Source: Candidatus Saccharimonadota bacterium
GTDB lineage: Bacteria; Patescibacteriota; Saccharimonadia; Saccharimonadales; Saccharimonadaceae
Direction: 5' to 3'
DNA: 64,000 nucleotides
Assembly (NCBI GenBank): GCA_030529095.1
Contig: JAUMXN010000001.1
Span: forward strand, 5,603 to 69,602
The translations under genes were made by a program, and so were the position numbers. Positions 9,522 through 19,685 of this stretch are shown piece by piece; the first letter of the stretch is position 1; each line of letters opens with the position of its first letter. The notes under the pieces were generated by a model. That model had not been told where the DNA came from, did no database searches, and saw nothing but the letters and a program-made list of their open reading frames with translations.

Positions 9522-9597
9522 GCCGCGATAGCTCAGTCGGTAGAGCGCATCCATGGTAAGGATGAGGTCACGAGTTCAAATCTCGTTCGCGGCTCCA
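9522..9597 (+). tRNA. tRNA-Thr (GGT)
   Basis: GCCGCGA/TCGCGGC acceptor, CATCC-ATGGTAA-GGATG, GTTCAAA, CCA. Confidence 0.95.
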
Positions 9598-9619
9598 TTT
9601 TTTATGCTAAAATAAACTT

Positions 9620-10306
9620 ATGAACAAGTTGGTGAAACGTGGTATCGACGTCTACAAAATCTTCCTCAAAAACAAGATTGCAATGTCTCTAATGATGCTT
9701 TTTTCCGGTATTATGATGTTCATTGCCGCAATCAACGGCCACGGCAACGACACCAAAACTATGCCGCTCATGATCACACTGGCCGGAGCCGGATTCTCGT
9801 TCTGGTCACTCTATAGGCTCGGTTGCATCAAATCCGACTACGACAAAATCGACCGTGCCAACCGCGGGGAAAGAGAAATTGCCAGAAAGGGAATTTTCCT
9901 CCACATCGGTGAATCTCTAATCTACGTAATTATTGCCGTTGTTGGCATTTTTCTCCTTATCAACGAAAGCTTTACGAATAAAGTATTAAATCTGATGGCC
10001 GGCGGTTTTACTACTTTTAACGGTATTCTTGGCGCTATCAACACTTATAAAAACCGCAACAACAAAAACTTCCGCTGGAAATTTATGCTCGGCCTTACCA
10101 TTGTCGAACTAATCATTGGCCCAATCTTTATTTTCGCCCCATCGATCGATATTAACGGGTACATTATTATGGGCGCGCTTACTACCATTGCCGGCACTAT
10201 CGAGGTCATCTCGGCCTTCACCATGGACAATATCAAGAGCACCGTAAGAGACGGCAAAGACATCGTCCGCATCATGAAAGAAAACGACAAGAAGCCAGAA
10301 GAATAA
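9620..10306 (+). CDS. Membrane protein, HdeD/DUF308-like
   Basis: About six hydrophobic segments in repeated helical hairpins. Confidence 0.55.
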   Translation: MNKLVKRGIDVYKIFLKNKIAMSLMMLFSGIMMFIAAINGHGNDTKTMPLMITLAGAGFSFWSLYRLGCIKSDYDKIDRANRGEREIARKGIFLHIGESLIYVIIAVVGIFLLINESFTNKVLNLMAGGFTTFNGILGAINTYKNRNNKNFRWKFMLGLTIVELIIGPIFIFAPSIDINGYIIMGALTTIAGTIEVISAFTMDNIKSTVRDGKDIVRIMKENDKKPEE

Positions 10307-10356
10307 AAAAACGGCTCACCTGTAAAAAGGTGAGCCCGAGTGTACAGATTACTAGA

Positions 10357-10752
10357 TTACTTCTTAAAACGATCCAGGTTCAGGAACCAATCCACAATAA
10401 ATTTACGAATTCCGCTCAAGATCTCATCTTGGTTATTCGCAACGAACGCATTAACGAAAATATCCATGTGCCCAGCCTTGAGCTTCTGTCTAGTGATAGT
10501 ATCGAATTCAACCTCAATCTTGCCACCAGCGCCGCTCTTCGAGCCTTTGACCCCCGGGAACGTAAACAATCCCGGCTTACAGCTGTTCAACGTACCGACA
10601 AAAGCCGGAAACCCATTAACAGAATCGCTGAGTTTTAAGTCGAACATACTGGTATCAAAGGTGATGTGCCACCTTGTGCCATTGTCCGTTAGGATCGTGT
10701 TGATTCCAAACTCTGTATACTCTGGAAATAATAAAGGACAACCGTAACTCAT
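10357..10752 (-). CDS. Hypothetical (orphan) protein
   Basis: TTGACT-17-TATAAT promoter, SD AAAGGAGG and terminator at 10306-10337 favour this frame over the overlapping plus-strand ORFs. Confidence 0.7.
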   Translation of the reverse strand: MSYGCPLLFPEYTEFGINTILTDNGTRWHITFDTSMFDLKLSDSVNGFPAFVGTLNSCKPGLFTFPGVKGSKSGAGGKIEVEFDTITRQKLKAGHMDIFVNAFVANNQDEILSGIRKFIVDWFLNLDRFKK

Positions 10753-10914
10753 AAAAATCCCTCCTTTAGTACGGTGGTTTATCTTTCCATTATAGCATAA
10801 AATGCCAAAAAAGTCAATCTAAGCACTACCATAATTGCACTCTTGTCAAAATTGCAAAAATAGGCTATAATCTAACGCACTGTACGAATTTTCTTAAGAT
10901 TGGAGGTACCGGCA

Positions 10915-11142
10915 ATGAAAATGATAGAAAAAATTCAATTCGTACTCAAGTTTAGAACCCACGAGGAAAATCACACAGAGGCCATCCCTGAAGACAGCAC
11001 GGCATCAGAGGTGATCGAAAAAGCTTACAAGGGATTTGGGCGTCTTTCAACCCCACCAGTAGATATCAGCCATAAAGCGATACTGGTGCCAATTGCTACT
11101 ATAGAAGACTACCCAAAAATCAAAGCTAGCATACCATCGTGA
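10915..11142 (+). CDS. Small hypothetical (orphan) protein
   Basis: SD GGAGGT before ATG 10915, TATAAT upstream, bidirectional terminator 11158-11192. Confidence 0.6.
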   Translation: MKMIEKIQFVLKFRTHEENHTEAIPEDSTASEVIEKAYKGFGRLSTPPVDISHKAILVPIATIEDYPKIKASIPS

Positions 11143-11193
11143 GGTGTACATTTATTTAAAAAGGCCCGAACTATTAGTTCCGGGCTTTTTTTC

Positions 11194-11394
11194 TTATTCA
11201 ACACTGGTCAGATGCCAATGGTCGCCATATTCACACTTATAAACACCCAATTTAATGCCATGGTCATATTCGGCCACCTTGGCTGCCACTTCGGCCTCTT
11301 CGCGCGTAGTATAGACAATTTTGGCGGTTTCCCCGACCAAGCAACGCTTCGGTACGTATTCCAAGCTCGGTTGCAAATGTTTATGGCGATTCAT
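11194..11394 (-). CDS. Small hypothetical protein with K-x-x-Y-x-T...EA...Y-x-C...WHLTS motif
   Basis: TGATAAAAT 7 nt before ATG 11394 suggests a leaderless 66-aa start. The motif recalls small phage/CPR Cys/His proteins. Confidence 0.65.
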   Translation of the reverse strand: MNRHKHLQPSLEYVPKRCLVGETAKIVYTTREEAEVAAKVAEYDHGIKLGVYKCEYGDHWHLTSVE

Positions 11395-11449
11395 AGGTAA
11401 AATTTTATCATATTGCGAAGAATCCTGGGCCATGTTAATATAAGCTCAT

Positions 11450-11525
11450 GCCGACTTAGCTCAGCTGGTAGAGCAACGGTTTTGTAAACCGTAGGTCGTC
11501 GGTTCAAACCCGACAGTCGGCTCCA
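11450..11525 (+). tRNA. tRNA-Thr (TGT)
   Basis: GCCGACT/AGTCGGC acceptor, ACGGT-TTTGTAA-ACCGT, GTTCAAA, CCA. Confidence 0.95.
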
Positions 11526-11555
11526 TTTTTTTGCGAAGCAAAAAATGGAGACGGC

Positions 11556-11667
11556 TGCTAGCGCTCGCGCTTTAGCGCGGAGCGTCCAGTCGGCTTTTAT
11601 GTAATAAAAAATCTGGAGCTAAAGTGCTAGCGCTCGCGCTTTAGCGCGGAGCGTCCAGTCGGCTTTT
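11556..11667. repeat. Two identical 43-bp palindromic direct repeats (11556-11598, 11625-11667) downstream of tRNA-Thr
   Basis: TGCTAGCGCTCGCGCTTTAGCGCGGAGCGTCCAGTCGGCTTTT x2. Each contains CAGTCGGCT, identical to the tRNA 3' end. Confidence 0.9.
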
Positions 11668-11772
11668 CATCTTGTAGCCCCTCCCATTTTCCGCAAAAAT
11701 ATGCTATAATTACCCTAAGGGCGTGGGCATATTTAGAGAACATTATGTACATTTAAAAAGGAGGTGGCTCAA

Positions 11773-12258
11773 ATGGCGACGTATTTCGCAGATACAGGCA
11801 TAAAAGAACTGCTTATTGAGGTAGACCGTCAGCTCCCAAAGGAGCCAGCACACTGTCACCTCCGTTTTAAAGGAGAACAAGTGGGCTGTATCCTATTGGA
11901 AAACGAAAGCAAGGGTCTAGCTTATAAGAGCAGGGCTAGGAACGGACTTCTTATCAAGGCTAAAACAGTGCATCGACTTCTAAAAGAAGGTGACCCCGAA
12001 GGAATTGATCAAAAGGTCAAAGGCAAAGGAGGTCTTCTCGGCGCATTCAAGAAAAGAGATCCGGGCGAAGCGGGCGATTTTATTGCGGATGTGGAGCCAG
12101 AAAGATTAAAAGATCTTTTGGAAAGATACGAGAAAATCGTATCATCACGCAGCACACTTAATGGTCCGCCAAAGGAAAAAAACATGCTAAGGGTTGCTAT
12201 GGCCTTTGTAGATGGTATGTCAGAGGTGCTCAGTAATGAGCAAAGAGGCAAAACCTAA
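11773..12258 (+). CDS. Hypothetical (orphan) protein
   Basis: SD AAAGGAGGT before ATG 11773, TGCTATAAT at 11702, terminator 12303-12332. Confidence 0.75.
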   Translation: MATYFADTGIKELLIEVDRQLPKEPAHCHLRFKGEQVGCILLENESKGLAYKSRARNGLLIKAKTVHRLLKEGDPEGIDQKVKGKGGLLGAFKKRDPGEAGDFIADVEPERLKDLLERYEKIVSSRSTLNGPPKEKNMLRVAMAFVDGMSEVLSNEQRGKT

Positions 12259-12384
12259 ATATGTACAAACAATACCAGTCCATGGTATTATCCTCCACCC
12301 CCGGGCTCCTTGAGTTAATCAAGGGGCCCTTTCTAATGCTTAAAAATTTATTGTTGTAAAATTTACAATTTAACATAAAAACTA

Positions 12385-12439
12385 TTGACTTCGCTACATA
12401 TAGCGCCGTATAATCTTAACCAGACACTATATCTAGGGT
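12385..12439 (+). promoter_or_regulatory. nrdDG promoter with tandem NrdR boxes
   Basis: TTGACT(12385)-18-TATAAT(12409). TCGCTACATATAGCGC (12391) and ACACTATATCTAGGGT (12424) match acaCwAtATaTwGtgt. Confidence 0.75.
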
Positions 12440-12498
12440 CATACGTAAACAATAAAAACTGAATTATTTGAAATACATTTGAAGGAGGTATATTTCAT

Positions 12499-14838
12499 AT
12501 GTTCAAAAAAGTCGTCAAGCGTGACGGTAAAATCGTCAACTTTAATCCGGAAAAAATCACCGAAGCGATCGCCAAGGCTGGCCTTGCCACCGAAGAATTC
12601 AAAGCCGATCGTGCTAAAGCCCTCGCCGACAAGGTAATCAAGCGTGCCGAGGAGACCATTAAGACACGCACCCCAAATGTTGAGCAAATTCAAGATATCG
12701 TCGAGCAAGTTTTGATGGAATCAGCCTTCAAGAAAACCGCTCGCGCCTATATCACCTATCGCCAAGAACGCTCCCGTGTGCGCGAAGCCAAGTCTGATCT
12801 TATGAATATTTACAAGACCATCTCTTGCGCCGACGCCTCCGAAGATTCTGATGTTAAGCGTGGCAACGCTAACGTCGATGGTAACTCTGCCATGGGCAAA
12901 ATGCTCCAATTTGGTGCTGAGGGTTCAAAAGTTTTTGCGAAAACCCTTCTCCTTCGCCCAGACATTGCTGCTGCTCACGAAAACGGCGATATTCACATCC
13001 ATGACCTAGATTTCTACGCTACTGGCACCTTGACCTGCTGCCAGTCTGACCCACTCAAACTCTTTGAAACGGGCTTCAATACCGGTCACGGCTTCCTCCG
13101 TACCCCAAATTCTATCGGCTCATACGCCGCACTTGCCGCTATTCTTCTCCAAGCCAACCAAAACGAGCAGCACGGTGGCCAATCTATTCCGAACTTCGAC
13201 TACGCAATGGCCCCAGGCGTCAACAAGACCTTCCGTAAGGCTTTGAAACGCAATCTTGAGAAATATAACAAATTTGCCGACAAGGCTCTCGATATCAAAG
13301 TCACCGACGACCTCTGTTATGGCGACGAAAAGAAACTCGAAAAGAAGAAATTCCCAAAGAGCGTTGTTGAAGCTGCTAGCGAAGATACCGAGCGCGAGAC
13401 TTTCCAAGCTATGGAAGGCTTCGTCCACAACCTCAACACCATGCACTCTCGTGCTGGCGCCCAAGTCCCATTCACTTCAATTAACTTTGGTACCGACACT
13501 ACCCCAGCTGGTCGCCTCGTCTCTAAGGACTTGCTCGAAGCTACTGCTAATGGTCTCGGCCACGGCGAAACTCCAATCTTCCCGATCTCCATCTTTAAGG
13601 TAAAGGAAGGCATCAACTATAACCCAGGCGATCCAAACTACGATCTCTTCAAGCGCTCTATGGAAGTTTCTGCCAAGCGCCTCTTCCCGAACTTCTGTTT
13701 TATCGATGCACCATACAACCTCAAGTATTACAAACCAGGTGATTACCGCACCGAAATCGCAACCATGGGCTGCCGCACTCGCGTTTTCGCATCTGTATTC
13801 CCAGAATCCGATGGCATCGTCACTGGTCGTGGCAACCTCTCATTCACCACTTTGAACCTTGTCCGTATTGGTATCAAACACGGTATTGCCACCAAGGAAC
13901 GCAAAGAAGCCGACTGGGAAGGTTTCTACAAAGAACTCGACGAAAAGATGGATCTTATCCGCGACGAGCTCCTCGAGCGCTTCGAATTCCAAGCCAACCA
14001 ACACGTCCGCAACTTCCCATTCCTTATGGGTCAAGGCAACTGGATGGGTTCTGAAAAACTTGGTCCAAACGATACCCTTCGTGATGTCATCAAACACGGT
14101 ACGCTTTCTATCGGCTTCATCGGCCTTGCCGAAACCCTCGTTGCAATGGTTGGCAAACACCACGGCGAAGATGCCGATGCTCGTGAACTCGGTCTTGATA
14201 TCGTTGGCCACATGCGTGAGAAATGTGATGAATACTGTAAGAAATATCATCTAAACTTCTCACTTCTCGCTACCCCAGCCGAAGGTCTCGCTGGTCGCTT
14301 TACCAAGAAGGATCGCAAAGAATTTGGCAAACTCAAAGGTGTCACCGACCGCGAATTCTACACCAACTCCTTCCACGTACCAGTCTACTATCCAATTTCC
14401 GCCTTCGAAAAGATTGAAATCGAGGCTCCATATCACAACCTCTGTAACGCTGGTCACATTACCTATATTGAGCTCGACGGCGACCCATCCCAAAACATCG
14501 ATGCCTTCGAAGCCGTCATTCGCAAAATGCACGATTGCGGCATCGGTTACGGCTCCGTCAACCACCCAGTCGACCGTGACCCAGTCTGTGGCTTCTCTGG
14601 CATCATCTCTGGCAACGTCTGCCCATCCTGTGGCCGCAAAGAAGGTGACATTCCATTCGAACGTCTCCGCCGCATCACCGGCTACCTCGTAGGTACCCTC
14701 GATCGTTGGAACGACGCTAAAAAAGCCGAAGAAAAGGCTCGCGTCAAGCACAACGTCGATGGATGCTATACTAAAGAAGAGAAGTCTGCTCGTGAAGCAG
14801 CCAAGAAAACCTCAAAATCCATGAAAGGTAAAAAATAA
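12499..14838 (+). CDS. nrdD: Anaerobic ribonucleoside-triphosphate reductase (class III) with ATP cone
   Basis: VVKRDG ATP cone, HIHDLD, TCC, MGCR, TPAEGL, YTNSFH and glycyl-radical loop RRITGYL. Confidence 0.97.
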   Translation: MFKKVVKRDGKIVNFNPEKITEAIAKAGLATEEFKADRAKALADKVIKRAEETIKTRTPNVEQIQDIVEQVLMESAFKKTARAYITYRQERSRVREAKSDLMNIYKTISCADASEDSDVKRGNANVDGNSAMGKMLQFGAEGSKVFAKTLLLRPDIAAAHENGDIHIHDLDFYATGTLTCCQSDPLKLFETGFNTGHGFLRTPNSIGSYAALAAILLQANQNEQHGGQSIPNFDYAMAPGVNKTFRKALKRNLEKYNKFADKALDIKVTDDLCYGDEKKLEKKKFPKSVVEAASEDTERETFQAMEGFVHNLNTMHSRAGAQVPFTSINFGTDTTPAGRLVSKDLLEATANGLGHGETPIFPISIFKVKEGINYNPGDPNYDLFKRSMEVSAKRLFPNFCFIDAPYNLKYYKPGDYRTEIATMGCRTRVFASVFPESDGIVTGRGNLSFTTLNLVRIGIKHGIATKERKEADWEGFYKELDEKMDLIRDELLERFEFQANQHVRNFPFLMGQGNWMGSEKLGPNDTLRDVIKHGTLSIGFIGLAETLVAMVGKHHGEDADARELGLDIVGHMREKCDEYCKKYHLNFSLLATPAEGLAGRFTKKDRKEFGKLKGVTDREFYTNSFHVPVYYPISAFEKIEIEAPYHNLCNAGHITYIELDGDPSQNIDAFEAVIRKMHDCGIGYGSVNHPVDRDPVCGFSGIISGNVCPSCGRKEGDIPFERLRRITGYLVGTLDRWNDAKKAEEKARVKHNVDGCYTKEEKSAREAAKKTSKSMKGKK

Positions 14839-15329
14839 TGCAAATTCGCCTTAGCGGTCCAATCGAACACGATAGCATCGTCAATGGCTACGGCCTCCGC
14901 GCCGTAGTCTGGACCCAAGGTTGCCCAAACCACTGCAAGGGCTGCCAAAATCCAGAAACTTGGGATTTTAACGGTGGCACTTTGGTCGATGTCGAAAAGG
15001 TTAAAGAAGAGCTCCGCGCCCTCAAAGGCCAAGCCGGCATCACCTTCTGCGGTGGCGAACCGTTTGTTCAGCCAGAAGCTTGCAAAGAAATCGCTGATTT
15101 CTGTCGCAACGAGCTTGGCTGGAACGTCTGGAGCTTCTCCGGCTTCACTTATGAGCAAATCAAAAAGTACGGTGGGGCAGCTTGGGAATTCCTAAAATCT
15201 CTCGATGCCCTGATCGATGGACCATTCATCTTAGAAAAACGCGATCTATCGCTTAAATTCCGCGGTTCTAGCAACCAAAGATTACTCCACCTAGAAGTTG
15301 GTACAGGTAAAATCCTGTCCGAAGAATAA
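14838..15329 (+). CDS. nrdG: Anaerobic RNR activating protein (radical SAM)
   Basis: VNGYGLR, GCPNHCKGCQN, GGEP, DGPF, FRGSSNQR. Confidence 0.96.
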   Translation: MQIRLSGPIEHDSIVNGYGLRAVVWTQGCPNHCKGCQNPETWDFNGGTLVDVEKVKEELRALKGQAGITFCGGEPFVQPEACKEIADFCRNELGWNVWSFSGFTYEQIKKYGGAAWEFLKSLDALIDGPFILEKRDLSLKFRGSSNQRLLHLEVGTGKILSEE

Positions 15330-15349
15330 AATATTGTTATAATAAAACC

Positions 15350-16123
15350 ATGAGAATTACAGTTTTAGGCGCTGGTGCATTTGGCTCGGCTCTCGGGCAT
15401 ATTTTGGAGTCCAAAAAGCACGAAGTCGTCTACTACTCCCTAAATTCCGAAATCACCCTAGAAGAGGCTTTAAAAGGCGCTGAAACAATCGTCCTAGCCA
15501 TTCCGTCTAAAGCCGTAGACGAAATGCTACCAAAGCTGCCCAAAAATATTCCGCTTGTAGTTGCCACTAAGGGCATTCTCGATACTGATACTTTTAAGGA
15601 TTTTGAAGACGTGATGATTCTTTCTGGCCCTGGTTTTGCTGCCGACATCGAAAAACACATCAAAACCACCCTTACCGCCACTGATCCAAGGATCCGCGAC
15701 CTTTTTGAAACTCCGTGGCTCAAATTCGAGCTCACCGCCGACAACAAGGGTGTTTTACTCTGCGGCGCACTCAAGAATGTTTACGCGATTTATGCCGGCT
15801 ACCACAACCTCAAACCAGGTTCCGACGAGTACGAGAAATTTATTTCTACCGCGATCGAAGAGTTCAAAATTATCCTCTTTAATAACGGCGCCAATCCTAA
15901 AACCGCGAGCCTGGCTTGCGGTATCGGCGACCTCAGACTCACTTGCAATTTTCCATCCCGCAACTTTGAATTTGGCCAAAACCTAATCGCCGGGCAGACC
16001 GAATCAACCAAAACCGTCGAAGGCGTTACTGCATTAAAACGCATCAAGAACGGTGGACTTAAAGTTCCGGCTGCCGCTGGCATTCTGGAGTCTTTAATTA
16101 AGGATAGTGACGCATGGGCCTAA
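15350..16123 (+). CDS. gpsA: NAD(P)H-dependent glycerol-3-phosphate dehydrogenase (compact)
   Basis: GAGAFGSAL, ATKG, LSGPGFA, GALKNVYAI, GIGDLRLTC, SRN, VEG. Confidence 0.9.
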   Translation: MRITVLGAGAFGSALGHILESKKHEVVYYSLNSEITLEEALKGAETIVLAIPSKAVDEMLPKLPKNIPLVVATKGILDTDTFKDFEDVMILSGPGFAADIEKHIKTTLTATDPRIRDLFETPWLKFELTADNKGVLLCGALKNVYAIYAGYHNLKPGSDEYEKFISTAIEEFKIILFNNGANPKTASLACGIGDLRLTCNFPSRNFEFGQNLIAGQTESTKTVEGVTALKRIKNGGLKVPAAAGILESLIKDSDAWA

Positions 16124-19100
16124 ATGAAAAGCAAAAAGCAGCCGTAGAATATCTCGATGGGCCGCTTTTAGTTTTGGCTGGCCCGGGCACTGGCAAAACC
16201 CAGCTACTCTCATCCAAAGTCGCCTACATTCTCGAAAATACCGATACTAATCCAGAGAATATCTTGTGTCTCACTTTCACCGAGTCCGGCGCCACCAACA
16301 TGCGCGAGCGCCTCGGCAGTATTATGGGTGGCAAAGATAGTAGCAAAGTCAATATTAGTACCTATCACGCCTTCGGCTCGGAAGTACTCGTGCAGTATAA
16401 AAATTATTCTGATTTGTATTCTCGCAAGCTCGACTCCGCCATTGAAGACGTCACTAAATTCAAAATTATCAAAGATATTCAACTGCATCTACCTGGCACC
16501 GATATTATGCGCGGTGATAATGTCAAGGATATTATTGATACGATTTCATCCGCTAAATCTGCCCGCCTTACCGCCGACGATCTAAAAACAATCGCGAGCC
16601 AAAATCTCGAAGACTCCAAGGCGATCAGTGATTTTGCTTCGCTCTATCTTAAGCAGATAGTCCCGCGCGATTATCACAACTCGCTGAACAACGCCTACCT
16701 GCCAATTTTGAATGAACTCAAAAAATTCGAAAATATCCCGCCGATCCTGAAGGGAATTGAACGTTCTATTAAACTTTTGATTTCTGATCTTCAAAAAGCC
16801 GTAGACGAAGCCGCTACTACTGAAAAAATCACACCGCTCTCCGCCTGGAAGGATACTTATTTCGAAAAAGACGAACGCGGCAATTACAGGCTAAAAGATC
16901 GCATCGCCAACAAAAAACTCTTGAGTCTTGCCAATATCATGAATCAATACGAAGTCTATCTAAAAAGCAACGGTCTCTACGATTTTGACGATATGATCGA
17001 AGAAGCTGTGCGTGTATTGAAAGAAGACGAAGGATTCCGCCTGACGCTTTCCGAGCGCTACCAATTTATTTTACTGGACGAATTTCAAGACACCAACCCA
17101 TCCCAGTTTGAAATTATCAAACAGATCACCGATTACGAAAAGCCGCTTATTATGGCCGTGGGCGATGACGACCAGGCGATTTACGAATTTCAGGGCGCCT
17201 CGGCCACTACTTTGATCGAATTCCAAAAGCATTACCACGCCGAAGTCATTCCGCTCGTCGATAACTATCGTAGCTCGCAAGAAATCCTCGACTTTTCCAA
17301 ACAAATTATCGACCAAATCGATGACAACACTCGTTTTGGCGAAAAATCTTTGCACGCTATGAACAATAATCCGGCCGCTTCACAAATCTCCCGTCATGAA
17401 TTTTTGTCTTCTGACGCTGAATACGCCTTCGTGGCCGAAGAAATCGCCAAATTAATTAAGAGTGGCGTAAAGCAGAGTGACATCGCCATTATTGCGCCAA
17501 AGCACAAATATATTTTGCCAGTTTTACCATACCTAAAGAGCCAAAACCTCATCAACATTTCCTACGAAAAACGCGACAACCTACTCGAAAACCCTGAGAT
17601 TCACGCTATTCTCACTATTTCGCGTTTCATCTACGATGTTGCGAGCGGCAAAGCTCCAAAAACCAGCATTTTAGAAATTCTCTCGTATCCATTCTGGGGC
17701 GTTTCGATGCTTACAGTATTAAAAACTTTCGATAATGCCCGCATCACACCAAGCGAAGCTTTCGCCAAGATGTCCGAATCGGAAGATGAAAAACTAAGAA
17801 GCGTCGCGGATCTGCTTGCCGAACTCGTAGCTAAAGCTTTTGACACGCCGGTCGGCATTTTCATTAATTATCTCATCGGCGCCGCCAAAATTCGCGATCT
17901 CACCTCGCCAATCATTCGCTATTACTCCGGAAAAGGCGAATACGATTCTTACCAACTATACGAGAACTTAGCACTACTTATGAGTAAAGTCGAGCGCTAT
18001 ACTACCGAAGATCGTGCCGCTAAGCTCGCCGACCTCATCGCCATGATCGACGACTACGAAGCTGCCGATTTGCCGATCTCAGAGGCTAGCCCGTATCGCG
18101 ATCTAGAAGATGCCGTCCAGATTCTTTCCGCCCACAAAGCCAAAGGTCTCGAGTTTAAATATGTCTTTTTGATCGCCGCCGACCACTCCGCCTGGGGTAA
18201 GGGAAAAGGTAATAATAACTTGCTTTCTTTACCGAAAAACCTTCTTCAAATCCGCCACACCGGCACTACGGACGGCGAACGTTTGAGATTGCTCTACGTC
18301 GCTCTCACTCGCGCCAAGGAGCATCTCACCATTACCAACTCGCGCAAAGATTTTAATGACAAATCTCCAGAAAGACTTGAATATCTCGGTGAATTCGTCC
18401 AGAATACCGACAATGGCGAAATAGTAATCAGCCCATACATCCCAAATAAAACCGTCGAGTGTCATTACCAAGAAGTTGATCCGTTCACACTCGAGAGCAA
18501 CCTCCGTAATTGGCTCACGCCGTATCTTGCGCCGTCGCCAGACATGCGCGCCATCTACAAAACCAAGGTCGAAAATTACCGCCTATCCGCCTCGTCGCTC
18601 ACTAGTTTCATCGACATTGTCTATGCTGGTCCAGTCGAGTTCTTTAAGCAGCAAATCTTGCGCGCGCCAAAAGAACCGGCCACCGAGCAAATCATCTTCG
18701 GTGATCTAATCCATAAAACTTTCGAAAAAGTCACAAATGATCAAATTTCCGACGAGAAAGCCATTGAATTCTTCCTGTCCGAGCTAGATAAGGCCGCCGT
18801 CGAACCAGAAATCACCGCCGCCCTGCGTGAACGCGGGCCGAAAGACCTGGCTGTTTCGCTCGCCGCCTTCCGCGATGTCCTACATAACGGCAAAGCCGAG
18901 GTCAACCTCTCGCCAGAAAAACTCGCCTTCGAAGGCGTTTCTCTCACTGGTAAAATCGACCACATTTCCATCGACGATATCAACAAATCTATCGAAATCT
19001 ACGATTTTAAGACTGGCAATTATCATAAAGAAAAGTGGGATTCCAAGCCGACCCTCTTTAAATATATGCTCCAACTTGGTTTCTATAAGCTACTTCTTAA

Positions 19101-19374
19101 TCTCTCGCCAACTTATTCTAAATACCGCATTAAAAAAGCTCATATCCTCTTCGTAACACCAGACAAAGACGGCGAAGTCCACGATAAAGTCTATGAATTT
19201 AATTCCGAAGACGAAGAGTTATTGATCAAGCTCATCAAATCCGCCCACCAGCACATCACCAGTCTCGATTTCCTAGACGATCCACAATTATTTATCGAAC
19301 CAGACTCTGGTCGCGGCATCAAAGACATCAAAAAATTCATCGAACTCATGCTTGCAAAAACCGCCAAAAAATAG
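16114..19374 (+). CDS. UvrD/PcrA-family helicase fused to C-terminal PD-(D/E)XK nuclease
   Basis: AGPGTGKT, DEFQDTN, VGDDDQAIYEFQGA, NYRS, HKAKGLEF, YVALTRAK, then LSASSL, GKID, YDFKTG, QLGFY. Confidence 0.92.
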   Translation: MGLNEKQKAAVEYLDGPLLVLAGPGTGKTQLLSSKVAYILENTDTNPENILCLTFTESGATNMRERLGSIMGGKDSSKVNISTYHAFGSEVLVQYKNYSDLYSRKLDSAIEDVTKFKIIKDIQLHLPGTDIMRGDNVKDIIDTISSAKSARLTADDLKTIASQNLEDSKAISDFASLYLKQIVPRDYHNSLNNAYLPILNELKKFENIPPILKGIERSIKLLISDLQKAVDEAATTEKITPLSAWKDTYFEKDERGNYRLKDRIANKKLLSLANIMNQYEVYLKSNGLYDFDDMIEEAVRVLKEDEGFRLTLSERYQFILLDEFQDTNPSQFEIIKQITDYEKPLIMAVGDDDQAIYEFQGASATTLIEFQKHYHAEVIPLVDNYRSSQEILDFSKQIIDQIDDNTRFGEKSLHAMNNNPAASQISRHEFLSSDAEYAFVAEEIAKLIKSGVKQSDIAIIAPKHKYILPVLPYLKSQNLINISYEKRDNLLENPEIHAILTISRFIYDVASGKAPKTSILEILSYPFWGVSMLTVLKTFDNARITPSEAFAKMSESEDEKLRSVADLLAELVAKAFDTPVGIFINYLIGAAKIRDLTSPIIRYYSGKGEYDSYQLYENLALLMSKVERYTTEDRAAKLADLIAMIDDYEAADLPISEASPYRDLEDAVQILSAHKAKGLEFKYVFLIAADHSAWGKGKGNNNLLSLPKNLLQIRHTGTTDGERLRLLYVALTRAKEHLTITNSRKDFNDKSPERLEYLGEFVQNTDNGEIVISPYIPNKTVECHYQEVDPFTLESNLRNWLTPYLAPSPDMRAIYKTKVENYRLSASSLTSFIDIVYAGPVEFFKQQILRAPKEPATEQIIFGDLIHKTFEKVTNDQISDEKAIEFFLSELDKAAVEPEITAALRERGPKDLAVSLAAFRDVLHNGKAEVNLSPEKLAFEGVSLTGKIDHISIDDINKSIEIYDFKTGNYHKEKWDSKPTLFKYMLQLGFYKLLLNLSPTYSKYRIKKAHILFVTPDKDGEVHDKVYEFNSEDEELLIKLIKSAHQHITSLDFLDDPQLFIEPDSGRGIKDIKKFIELMLAKTAKK

Positions 19375-19431
19375 TATCATACGGGGAATCTCCGTCTTGG
19401 AGAAATCGTACATTGAAAGGTGGTGTTATGT

Positions 19432-19599
19432 GTGGGCGAGTTAATTGTTAAGGATGCCGCTACTGGCCAATCCTATAAATTCCAACCGACCGCTCAAGGT
19501 TATGCTGAAGCCGATAGAAAGGTGCAAGAAATTAACCAAAAGGGTCACAAAGTCATCAGTTCAGACCTCAAACGTCTGAGCGATTACTTCGGTCATTAA
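19432..19599 (+). CDS. 55-aa orphan small protein (not in ORF track)
   Basis: SD AAAGGTGGTG, GTG start, MGELIVKDAATGQSYKFQPTAQGYAEADRKVQEINQKGHKVISSDLKRLSDYFGH*, terminator 19620-19646. Confidence 0.7.
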   Translation: MGELIVKDAATGQSYKFQPTAQGYAEADRKVQEINQKGHKVISSDLKRLSDYFGH

Positions 19600-19685
19600 T
19601 ACACAAGTCCCATCTTCGTAAAGGCCCTCAAGCGAGGGCCTTTTTTATGCTTGACTTAGCCGGGAGAATGCTATATACTCCTATT

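Noticed and set aside
9553-9559. Unusual A32 in the tRNA-Thr(GGT) anticodon loop
   Set aside because: ATGGTAA loops are known in bacterial tRNA-Thr(GGU)
11556-11667. CRISPR array
   Set aside because: Only two repeat copies, the repeat includes tRNA sequence, and there are no cas genes in the window
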